Shown here: positions 27,201 to 40,600 of the stretch, one piece after another
Layout of the letters: each line of letters starts with the position of its first letter
Position numbering within the stretch: position 1 is the stretch's first letter
Source of the DNA: the human T2T-CHM13v2.0 reference genome, Homo sapiens
DNA length: 64,000 nt
Reading direction: 5' to 3' (one strand)
Assembly: GCF_009914755.1 (NCBI RefSeq)
Contig: NC_060939.1
Made by a program: the position numbers and the translations under genes
The notes under the pieces: model-generated
Databases searched by the model: none
Told to the model about the DNA's origin: nothing
What the model saw: the letters and a program-made list of their open reading frames with translations, nothing else

Positions 27201-30200
27201 CCCTTCCATTGGACTCCTTTCCATTCGAGTGCATTCCATTCCTTTCCATTTCTTTCCGTTCTGTACGATTCCTACCGTTCGATTTCATTTTGTTCCAGTC
27301 CATTCCTTTCGCGTCCATTCCATTCCATTTCACTCCATTCGATTCCATTCCACTCGATTCCACTTCGTTCCATTTCATTGCATTCCATTCTATTCAACTC
27401 TATTGCCTTCCATTCCATTCCATTCGATTACATTCCATGCGATTCCATTCGAAATCGAATCAATTACATTGCAATCCATTACTATTGAGTCCATTTTATT
27501 CCAGTCCACTGCATTCTGGTCCATTCCATTTGATTCCATTCCATTCTATTCCATTCCATACAGTTGCATTCCATTGGATTCCATTCTATATCTATAAATT
27601 CAATTCGAGACCATTGCTTTTGAATCCATTCCATATGATTCCATTCCATTCAAGTCCATTACATTTGATTCAATTCCATTCCATTCCATTCCCTTCCATT
27701 CCATTCCAGTTGATATCAATCCATTCGATTCCATTCCATTCGAGCACATTCCATTTGAGTCCATTCCATTCGATGCCATTCCATTTGATTCTATTCCATT
27801 AGTCTCCATTCAATTCCATTAATCTCCATTCCATTCCATTCTACTCCAACTGATTCCATTCCATTCTATTCCTTTCCATTCCATTTCATTCCATTCCATT
27901 CCATTTCATTCCATTCCATTCCATTCGCTTCCATTCCATTCGTGTCCATTCCACTCCAGTCCATTCCATTCGTGTCCATTCCATTCCAGTCCATTCCATT
28001 TGTGTCCACTGCGTTCCATTCCACTCCATTCCATATTATTCCATTACACTCCATTCCATTCTATTACTTTCATTTCCATTCAATTCCATTCCATTTGATT
28101 CCATTCCACTCGGTTTCATTCCATTTGAGTCCACTCCATTCCATTCCATTCCATTCCATTCAGTTCCATTCCATTCCGTTCCATTCCATTCCGTTCCATT
28201 GCATTTCATTCCATTCGGTACCATTCCATATTGTTCCATTCGATTCCATTCGAATCCATTCCATTCCAGTCCATTCCATTCGATTCCATTCCATTCCTTT
28301 CAATTCCATTCCATTCCATTCCATTCCACTTGATTCCACTCCATTCCCTTCCACTGCATTCCATTCGATTCCATTCCATTGCATTGCATTCCATTCCATT
28401 GGACTGCATTCCATTCGATTCCATTCCATTCGAATCAATTACATAGCAATCCATTACATTCGAGTCTATTCTATTCCGTTCCATTCGATTTCGTTCCAAT
28501 CCATTCGATTCCATTCCATTCGATTCCATTCCATACTATTGCATTCCATTCGATTACATTATATTCGAATAAGTTCCATTCAAGACCATTTCTTTTGAGT
28601 CCATTCTATTTGAGTCCATTCCCTTTGATTCCATAACATTTGAGTCCATTCAATTCCATTCCTTTCGTTTGCATTCCATTTGATGCCATTCCATTCAATT
28701 CTGTTCTACTCGACTCCAATACATTCAATTCCATTCCATCCGATTCCATTACATTCTTTTCATTTCTTATCCATTTCAAGCCATTCCACTCCATTCCATT
28801 CCACTCGTTTCCTTTCCATTCGAGTCCATTCCTCTCCAGTCCATTCCGTTCAATCCATTCCATTCCAGTCCATTCCATACGAGTCCGTTCCATTCCAGTC
28901 CATTCCATTCGAGTCAATTCCATTCCATTCGATGTCTTTCCATAACGATCCATTCCATTCTATTCCTTTCGATTCCATTCCATTCTATTTCATTCCATTC
29001 GATTCCCTTCCATTGGACTCCTTTCCATTCGAGTGCATTCCATTCCTTTCCATTTCTTTCCGTTCTGTACGATTCCTACCGTTCGATTTCATTTTGTTCC
29101 AGTCTATTCCTTTCGCGTCCATTCCATTCCATTTCACTCCATTCGATTCCATTCCACTCGATTCCACTTCGTTCCATTTCATTGCATTCCATTCTATTCA
29201 ACTCTATTGCCTTCCATTCCATTCCATTCGATTACATTCCATGCGATTCCATTCGAAATCGAATCAATTACATTGCAATCCATTACTATTGAGTCCGTTT
29301 TATTCCAGTCCACTGCATTCTGGTCCATTCCATTTGATTCCATTCCATTCTATTCCATTCCATACAGTTGCATTCCATTGGATTCCATGCTATATCTATA
29401 AATTCAATTCGAGACCATTGCTTTTGAGTCCATTCTATATGATTCCATTCCATTCAAGTCCATTACATTTGGTTCAATTCCATTCCATTCCATTCCCTTC
29501 CATTCCATTCCAGTTGATATCAATCCATTCGATTCCATTCCATTCGAGCACATTCCATTCGAGTCCATTCCATTCGATGCCATTCCATTTGATTCTATTC
29601 CATTAGTCTCCATTCAATTCCATTAATCTCCATTCCATTCCATTCTACTCCAACTGATTCCATTCCATTCTATTCCTTTCCATTCCATTTCATTCCATTC
29701 CATTCCATTTCATTCCATTCCATTCCATTCGCTTCCATTCCATTCGTGTGCATTCCACTCCAGTCCATTCCATTCGTGTCCATTCCATTCCAGTCCATTC
29801 CATTTGTGTCCACTGCATTCCATTCCACTCCATTCCATATTATTCCATTACACACCATTCCATTCTATTACTTTCATTTCTATTCAATTCCATTCCATTT
29901 GATTCCATTCCACTCGGTTTCATTCCATTTGAGTCCACTCCATTCCATTCCATTCCATTCCATTCCATTCAGTTCCATTCCATTCTGTTCCATTCCATTC
30001 CGTTCCATTGCATTCCATTCCATTCGGTACCATTCCATATTGTTCCATTCGATTCCATTCGAATCCATTCCATTCCAGTCCATTCCATTCGATTCCATTC
30101 CATTCCTTTCAATTCCATTCCATTCCATTCCATTCCACTTGATTCCACTCCATTCCCTTCCACTGCATTCCATTCGATTCCATTCCATTGCATTGCATTC

Positions 30201-33200
30201 CATTCCATTGGACTGCATTCCATTCGATTCCATTCCATTCGAATCAATTACATAGCAATCCATTACATTCGAGTCTATTCTATTCCGTTCCATTCGATTT
30301 CGTTCCAATCCATTCGATTCCATTCCATTCGATTCCATTCCATACTATTGCATTCCATTCTATTACATTATATTCGAATAAGTTCCATTCAAGACCATTT
30401 CTTTTGAGTCCATTCTATTTGAGTCCATTCCCTTTGATTCCATAACATTTGAGTCCATTCAATTCCATTCCTTTCGTTTCCATTCCATTTGATGCCATTC
30501 CATTCAATTCTGTTCTACTCGACTCCAATACATTCAATTCCATTCCATCCGATTCCATTACATTCTTTTCATTTCTTATCCATTTCAAGCCATTCCACTC
30601 CATTCCATTCCACTCGTTTCCTTTCCATTCGAGTCCATTCCTCTCCAGTCCATTCCGTTCAATCCATTCCATTCCAGTCCATTCCATTCGAGTCCGTTCC
30701 ATTCCAGTCCATTCCATTCGAGTCAATTCCATTCCATTCGATGTCTTTCCATAACGATCCATTCCATTCTATTCCTTTCGATTCCATTCCATTCTATTTC
30801 ATTCCATTCGATTCCCTTCCATTGGACTCCTTTCCATTCGAGTGCATTCCATTCCGTTCCATTTCTTTCCGTTCTGTACGATTCCTACCGTTCGATTTCA
30901 TTTTGTTCCAGTCCAATCCTTTCGCGTCCATTCCATTCCATTTCACTCCATTCGATTCCATTCCACTCGATTCCACTTCGTTCCATTTCATTGCATTCCA
31001 TTCTATTCAACTCTATTGCCTTCCATTCCATTCCATTCGATTACATTCCATGCGATTCCATTCGAAATCGAATCAATTACATTGCAATCCATTACTATTG
31101 AGTCCATTTTATTCCAGTCCACTGCATTCTGGTCCATTCCATTTGATTCCATTCCATTCTATTCCATTCCATACAGTTGCATTCCATTGGATTCCATGCT
31201 ATATCTATAAATTCAATTCGAGACCATTGCTTTTGAGTCCATTCTATATGATTCCATTCCATTCAAGTCCATTACATTTGGTTCAATTCCATTCCATTCC
31301 ATTCCCTTCCATTCCATTCCAGTTGATATCAATCCATTCGATTCCATTCCATTCGAGCACATTCCATTCGAGTCCATTCCATTCGATGCCATTCCATTTG
31401 ATTCTATTCCACTAGTCTCCATTCAATTCCATTAATCTCCATTCCATTCCATTCTACTCCAACTGATTCCATTCCATTCTATTCCTTTCCATTCCATTTC
31501 ATTCCATTCCATTCCATTTCATTCCATTCCATTCCATTCGCTTCCATTCCATTCGTGTCCATTCCACTCCAGTCCATTCCATTCGTGTCCATTCCATTCC
31601 AGTCCATTCCATTTGTGTCCACTGCATTCCATTCCACTCCATTCCATATTATTCCATTACACTCCATTCCATTCTATTACTTTCATTTCCATTCAATTCC
31701 ATTCCATTTGATTCCATTCCACTCGGTTTCATTCCATTTGAGTCCACTCCATTCCATTCCATTCCATTCCATTCAGTTCCATTCCATTCTGTTCCATCCC
31801 ATTCCGTTCCATTGCATTCCATTCCATTCGGTACCATTCCATATTGTTCCATTCGATTCCATTCGAATCCATTCCATTCCAGTCCATTCCATTCGATTCC
31901 ATTCCATTCCTTTCAATTCCATTCCATTCCATTCCATTCCACTTGATTCCACTCCATTCCCTTCCACTGCATTCCATTCGATTCCATTCCATTGCATTGC
32001 ATTCCATTCCATTGGACTGCATTCCATTCGATTCCATTCCATTCGAATCAATTACATAGCAATCCATTACATTCGAGTCTATTCTATTCCGTTCCATTCG
32101 ATTTCGTTCCAATCCATTCGATTCCATTCCATTCGATTCCATTCCATACTATTGCATTCCATTCGATGACATTATATTCGAATAAGTTCCATTCAAGACC
32201 ATTTCTTTTGAGTCCATTCTATTTGAGTCCATTCCCTTTGATTCCATATCATTTGAGTCCATTCAATTCCATTCCTTTCGTTTGCATTCCATTTGATGCC
32301 ATTCCATTCAATTCTGTTCTACTCGACTCCAATACATTCAATTCCATTCCATCCGATTCCATTACATTCTTTTCATTTCTTATCCATTTCAAGCCATTCC
32401 ACTCCATTCCATTCCACTCGTTTCCTTTCCTTTCGAGTCCATTCCTCTCCAGTCCATTCCGTTCAATCCATTCCATTCCAGTCCATTCCATTCGAGTCCG
32501 TTCCATTCCAGTCCATTCCATTCGAGTCAATTCCATTCCATTCGATGTCTTTCCATAACGATCCATTCCATTCTATTCCTTTCGATTCCATTCCATTCTA
32601 TTTCATTCCATTCGATTCCCTTCCATTGGACTCCTTTCCATTCGAGTGCATTCCATTCCGTTCCATTTCTTTCCGTTCTGTACGATTCCTACCGTTCGAT
32701 TTCATTTTGTTCCAGTCCATTGCTTTCGCGTCCATTCCATTCCATTTCACTCCATTCGATTCCATTCCACTCGATTCCACTTCGTTCCATTTCATTGCAT
32801 TCCATTCTATTCAACTCTATTGCCTTCCATTCCATTCCATTCGATTACATTCCATGCGATTCCATTCGAAATCGAATCAATTACATTGCAATCCATTACT
32901 ATTGAGTCCGTTTTTTTCCAGTCCAATGCATTCTGGTCCATTCCATTTGATTCCATTCCATTTTATTCCATTCCATACAGTTGCATTCCATTGGATTCCA
33001 TGCTATATCTATAAATTCAATTCGAGACCATTGCTTTTGAGTCCATTCTATATGTTTCCATTCCATTCAAGTCCATTACATTTGGTTCAATTCCATTCCA
33101 TTCCATTCCCTTCCATTCCATTCCAGTTGATATCAATCCATTCGATTCCATTCCATTCGAGCACATTCCATTCGAGTCCATTCCATTCGATGCCATTCCA

Positions 33201-33286
33201 TTTGATTCTATTCCATTAGTCTCCATTCAATTCCATTAATCTCCATTCCATTCCATTCTACTCCAACTGATTCCATTCCATTCTAT

Positions 33287-34575
33287 TCCTTTCCATTCCA
33301 TTTCATTCCATTCCATTCCATTTCATTCCATTCCAATCCATTCGCTTCCATTCCATTCGTGTCCTTTCCACTCCAGTCCATTCCACTTGTGTCCACTGCA
33401 TTCCATTCCACTCCATTCCATATTATTCCATTACACTCCATTCCATTCTATTACTTTCATTTCCATTCAATTCCATTCCATTTGATTCCATTCCACTCGG
33501 TTTCATTCCATTTGAGTCCACTCCATTCCATTCCATTCCATTCCATTCAGTTCCATTCCATTCTGTTCCATTCCATTCCGTTCCATTGCATTCCATTCCA
33601 TTCGGTACCATTCCATATTGTTCCATTCGATTCCATTCGAATCCATTCCATTCCAGTCCATTCCATTCGATTCCATTCCATTCCTTTCAATTCCATTCCA
33701 TTCCATTCCATTCCACTTGATTCCACTCCATTCCCTTCCAGTGCATTCCATTCGATTCCATTCCATTGCATTGCATTCCATTCCATTGGACTGCATTCCA
33801 TTCGATTCCATTCCATTCGAATCAATTACATAGCAATCCATTACATTCGAGTCTATTCTATTCCGTTCCATTCGATTTCGTTCCAATCCATTCGATTCCA
33901 TTCCATTCGATTCCTTTCCATTCCATTTCATTCCTTTCCATTCCATTTCATTCCATTCCATTCCATTTCATTCCATTCCATTCCATTCGTGTCCATTCCA
34001 CTCCAGTCCATTCCATTCGTGTCCATTCCATTCCAGTCCATTCCATTTGTGTCCACTGCCTTCCATTCCACTCCATTCCATATTATTCCATTACACTCCA
34101 TTCCATTCTATTACTTTCATTTCCATTCAATTCCATTCCATTTGATTCCATTCCACTCGGTTTCATTCCATTTGAGTCCACTCCATTCCATTCCATTCCA
34201 TTCCATTCAGTTCCATTCCATTCTGTTCCATTCCATTCCGTTCCATTGCATTCCATTCCATTCGGTACCATTCCATATTGTTCCATTCGATTCCATTCGA
34301 ATCCATTCCATTCCAGTCCATTCCATTCGATTCCATTCCATTCATTTCAATTCCATTCCATTCCATTCCATTCCATTCCACTTGATTCCTCTCCATTCCC
34401 TTCCACTGCATTCCGTTCGATTCCATTCCATTGCATTGCATTCCATTCCATTGGATTGCATTCCATTCGATTCCATTCCATTCGAATCAATTACATAGCA
34501 ATCCATTACATTCGAGTCTATTCTATTCCGTTCCATTCGATTTCGTTCCAATCCATTCGATTCCATTCCATTCGA
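33287..34575 (+). repeat. Partial (~660 bp) duplication of the monomer second half inside U19 (2439 bp unit)
   Basis: Two KpnI sites 660 bp apart (33604, 34264). At ~33911 the sequence jumps from ...CCAATCCATTCGATTCCATTCCATTCGA back to TTCCTTTCCATTCCATTTCA. Confidence 0.93.
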
Positions 34576-34691
34576 TTCCATTCCATACTATTGCATTCCA
34601 TTCGATTACATTATATTCGAATAAGTTCCATTCAAGACCATTTCTTTTGAGTCCATTCTATTTGAGTCCATTCCCTTTGATTCCATAACAT

Positions 34692-37600
34692 TTGAGTCCA
34701 TTCAATTCCATTCCTTTCGTTTCCATTCCATTTGATGCCATTCCATTCAATTCTGTTCTACTCGACTCCAATACATTCAATTCCATTCCATCCGATTCCA
34801 TTACATTCTTTTCATTTCTTATCCATTTCAAGCCATTCCACTCCATTCCATTCCACTCGTTTCCTTTCCATTCGAGTCCATTCCTCTCCAGTCCATTCCG
34901 TTCAATCCATTCCATTCCAGTCCATTCCATTCGAGTCCGTTCCATTCCAGTCCATTCCATTCGAGTCAATTCCATCCCATTCGATGTCTTTCCATAACGA
35001 TCCATTCCATTCTATTCCTTTCGATTCCATTCCATTCTATTTCATTCCATTCGATTCCCTTCCATTGGACTCATTTCCATTCGAGTGCATTCCATTCCTT
35101 TCCATTTCTTTCCGTTCTGTACGATTCCTACCGTTCGATTTCATTTTGTTCCAGTCCATTCGTTTCGCGTCCATTCCATTCCATTTCACTCCATTCGATT
35201 CCATTCCACTCGATTCCACTTCGTTCCATTTCATTGCATTCCATTCTATTCAACTCTATTGCCTTCCATTCCATTCCATTCGATTACATTCCATGCGATT
35301 CCATTCGAAATCGAATCAATTACATTGCAATCCATTACTATTGAGTCCGATTTATTCCAGTCCACTGCATTCTGGTCCATTCCGTTTGATTCCATTCCAT
35401 TCTATTCCATTCCATACAGTTGCATTCCATTGGATTCCATGCTATATCTATAAATTCAATTCGAGACCATTGCTTTTGAGTCCATTCTATATGATTCCAT
35501 TCCATTCAAGTCCATTACATTTGGTTCAATTCCATTCCATTCCATTCCCTTCCATTCCATTCCAGTTGATATCAATCCATTCGATTCCATTCCATTCGAG
35601 CACATTCCATTCGAGTCCATTCCATTCGATGCCATTCCATTTGATTCTATTCCATTAGTCTCCATTCAATTCCATTAATCTCCATTCCATTCCATTCTAC
35701 TCCAACTGATTCCATTCCATTATATTCCTTTCCATTCCATTTCATTCCATTCCATTCCATTTCATTCCATTCCATTCCATTCGTGTCCATTCCACTCCAG
35801 TCCATTCCATTCGTGTCCATTCCATTCCAGTCCATTCCATTTGTGTCCCCTGCATTCCATTACACTCCATTCCATATTATTCCATTACACTCCATTCAAT
35901 TCTATTACTTTCATTTCCATTCAATTCCATTCCATTTGATTCCATTCCACTCGGTTTCATTCCATTTGAGTCCACTCCATTCCATTCCATTCCATTCCAT
36001 TCCATTCCATTCCATTCAGTTCCATTCCATTCTATTCCATTCCATTCCGTTCCATTACATTCCATTCCATTCGGTACCATTCCATATTGTTCCATTCGAT
36101 TCCATTCGAATCCATTCCATTCCAGTCCATTCCATTCGATTCCATTCCATTCATTTCAATTCCATTCCATTCCATTCCATTACATTCCACTTGATTCCTC
36201 TCCATTCCCTTCCACTGCATTCCGTTCGATTCCATTCCATTGCATTGCATTCCATTCCATTGGATTGCATTCCATTCGATTCCATTCCATTCGAATCAAT
36301 TACATAGCAATCCATTACATTCGAGTCTATTCTATTCCGTTCCATTCGATTTCGTTCCAATCCATTCCATTCCATTCCATTCGATTCCATTCCATACTAT
36401 TGCATTCCATTCGATTACATTATATTCGAATAAGTTCCATTCAAGACCATTTCTTTTGAGTCCATTCTATTTGAGTCCATTCCCTTTGATTCCATAACAT
36501 TTGAGTCCATTCAATTCCATTCCTTTCGTTTCCATTCCATTTGATGCCATTCCATTCAATTCTGTTCTACTCGACTCCAATACATTCAATTCCATACCAT
36601 CCGATTCCATTACATTCTTTTCATTTCTTATCCATTTCAAGCCATTCCACTCCATTCCATTCCACTCGTTTCCTTTCCATTCGAGTCCATTCCTCTCCAG
36701 TCCATTCCGTTCAATCCATTCCATTCCAGTCCATTCCATTCGAGTCAACTCCATTCCATTCGATGTCTTTCCATAACGATCCATTCCATTCTATTCCTTT
36801 CGATTCCATTCCATTCTATTTCATTCCATTCGATTCCCTTCCATTGGACTCCTTTCCATTCGAGTGCACTCCATTCCTTTCCATTTCTTTCCGTTCTGTA
36901 CGATTCCTACCGTTCGATTTCATTTTGTTCCAGTCCATTCCTTTCGCGTCCATTCCATTCCATTTCACTCCATTCGATTCCATTCCACTCGATTCCACTT
37001 CGTTCCATTTCATTGCATTCCATTCTATTCAACTCTATTGCCTTCCATTCCATTCCATTCGATTACATTCCATGCGATTCCATTCGAAATCGAATCAATT
37101 ACATTGCAATCCATTACTATTGAGTCCGTTTTATTCCAGTCCACTGCATTCTGGTCCATTCCATTTGATTCCATTCCATTCTATTCCATTCCATACAGTT
37201 GCATTCCATTGGATTCCATGCTATATCTATAAATCCAATTCGAGACCATTGCTTTTGAGTCCATTCTATATGATTCCATTCCATTCAAGTCCATTACATT
37301 TGGTTCAATTCCATTCCATTCCATTCCCTTCCATTCCATTCCAGTTGATATCAATCCATTCGATTCCATTCCATACGAGCACATTCCATTCGAGTCCATT
37401 CCATTCGATGCCATTCCATTTGATTCTATTCCATTAGTCTCCATTCAATTCCATTAATCTCCATTACATTCCATTCTACTCCAACTGATTCCATTCCATT
37501 CTATTCCTTTCCATTCCATTTCATTCCATTCCATTCCATTTCATTCCATTCCATTCCATTCGTGTCCATTCCACTCCAGTCCATTCCATTCGTGTCCATT

Positions 37601-40600
37601 CCATTCCAGTCCATTCCATTTGTGTCCCCTGCATTCCATTACACTCCATTCCATATTATTCCATTACACTCCATTCAATTCTATTACTTTCATTTCCATT
37701 CAATTCCATTCCATTTGATTCCATTCCACTCGGTTTCATTCCATTTGAGTCCACTCCATTCCATTCCATTCCATTCCATTCAGTTCCATTCCATTCTATT
37801 CCATTCCATTCCGTTCCATTACATTCCATTCCATTCGGTACCATTCCATATTGTTCCATTCGATTCCATTCGAATCCATTCCATTCCAGTCCATTCCATT
37901 CGATTCCATTCCATTCATTTCAATTCCATTCCATTCCATTCCATTACATTCCACTTGATTCCTCTCCATTCCCTTCCACTGCATTCCGTTCGATTCCATT
38001 CCATTGCATTGCATTCCATTCCATTGGATTGCATTCCATTCGATTCCATTCCATTCGAATCAATTACATAGCAATCCATTACATTCGAGTCTATTCTATT
38101 CCGTTCCATTCGATTTCGTTCCAATCCATTGGATTCCATTCCATTCGATTCCATTCCATACTATTGCATTCCATTCGATTACATTATATTCGAATAAGTT
38201 CCATTCAAGACCATTTCTTTTGAGTCCATTCTATTTGAGTCCATTCCCTTTGATTCCATAACATTTGAGTCCATTCAATTCCATTCCTTTCGTTTCCATT
38301 CCATTTGATGCCATTCCATTCAATTCTGTTCTACTCGACTCCAATACATTCAATTCCATTCCATCCGATTCCATTACATTCTTTTCATTTCTTATCCATT
38401 TCAAGCCATTCCACTCCATTCCATTCCACTCGTTTCCTTTCCATTCGAGTCCATTCCTCTCCAGTCCATTCCGTTCAATCCATTCCATTCCAGTCCATTC
38501 CATTCGAGTCCGTTCCATTCCAGTCCATTCCATTCGAGTCAATTCCATCCCATTCGATGTCTTTCCATAACGATCCATTCCATTCTATTCCTTTCGATTC
38601 CATTCCATTCTATTTCATTCCATTCGATTCCCTTCCATTGGACTCCTTTCCATTCGAGTGCATTCCATTCCGTTCCATTTCTTTCCGTTCTGTACGATTC
38701 CTACCGTTCGATTTCATTTTGTTCCAGTCCATTCCTTTCGCGTCCATTCCATTCCATTTCACTCCATTCGATTCCATTCCACTCGATTCCACTTCGTTCC
38801 ATTTCATTGCATTCCATTCTATTCAACTCTATTGCCTTCCATTCCATTCCATTCGATTACATTCCATGCGATTCCATTCGAAATCGAATCAATTACATTG
38901 CAATCCATTACTATTGAGTCCATTTTATTCCAGTCCACTGCATTCTGGTCCATTCCATTTGATTCCATTCCATTCTATTCCATTCCATACAGTTGCATTC
39001 CATTGGATTCCATTCTATATCTATAAATTCAATTCGAGACCATTGCTTTTGAGTCCATTCTATATGATTCCATTCCATTCAAGTCCATTACATTTGGTTC
39101 AATTCCATTCCATTCCATTCCCTTCCATTCCATTCCAGTTGATATCAATCCATTCGATTCCATTCCATTCGAGCACATTCCATTCGAGTCCATTCCATTC
39201 GATGCCATTCCATTTGATTCTATTCCATTAGTCTCCATTCAATTCCATTAATCTCCATTCCATTCCATTCTACTCCAACTGATTCCATTCCATTCTATTC
39301 CTTTCCATTCCATTTCATTCCATTCCATTCCATTTCATTCCATTCCATTCCATTCGCTTCCATTCCATTCGTGTCCATTCCACTCCAGTCCATTCCATTC
39401 GTGTCCATTCCATTCCAGTCCATTCCATTTGTGTCCACTGCATTCCATTCCACTCCATTCCATATTATTCCATTACACTCCATTCCATTCTATTACTTTC
39501 ATTTCCATTCAATTCCATTCCATTTGATTCCACTCCACTCGGTTTCATTCCATTTGAGTCCACTCCATTCCATTCCATTCCATTCCATTCAGTTCCATTC
39601 CATTCTGTTCCATTCCATTCCGTTCCATTGCATTCCATTCCATTCGGTACCATTCCATATTGTTCCATTCGATTCCATTCGAATCCATTCCATTCCAGTC
39701 CATTCCATTCGATTCCATTCCATTCCTTTCAATTCCATTCCATTCCATTCCATTCCACTTGATTCCACTCCATTCCCTTCCACTGCATTCCATTCGATTC
39801 CATTCCATTGCATTGCATACCATTCCATTGGACTGCATTCCATTCGATTCCATTCCATTCGAATCAATTACATAGCAATCCATTACATTCGAGTCTATTC
39901 TATTCCGTTCCATTCGATTTCGTTCCAATCCCTTCGATTCCATTCCATTCGATTCCATTCCATACTATTGCATTCCATTCGATTACATTATATTCGAATA
40001 AGTTCCATTCAAGACCATTTCTTTTGAGTCCATTCTATTTGAGTCCATTCCCTTTGATTCCATAACATTTGAGTCCATTCAATTCCATTCCTTTCGTTTG
40101 CATTCCATTTGATGCCATTCCATTCAATTCTGTTCTACTCGACTCCAATACATTCAATTCCATTCCATCCGATTCCATTACATTCTTTTCATTTCTTATC
40201 CATTTCAAGCCATTCCACTCCATTCCATTCCACTCGTTTCCTTTCCATTCGAGTCCATTCCTCTCCAGTCCATTCCGTTCAATCCATTCCATTCCAGTCC
40301 ATTCCATTCGAGTCCGTTCCATTCCAGTCCATTCCATTCGAGTCAATTCCATTCCATTCGATGTCTTTCCATAACGATCCATTCCATTCTATTCCTTTCG
40401 ATTCCATTCCATTATATTTCATTCCATTCGATTCCCTTCCATTGGACTCCTTTCCATTCGAGTGCATTCCATTCCGTTCCATTTCTTTCCGTTCTGTACG
40501 ATTCCTACCGTTCGATTTCATTTTGTTCCAGTCCATTCCTTTCGCGTCCATTCCATTCCATTTCACTCCATTCGATTCCATTCCACTCGATTCCACTTCG

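Noticed and set aside
33359-34650. Longest ORFs (379 aa and 294 aa)
   Set aside because: They are created by the 660 bp partial duplication skipping the usual stop codons.
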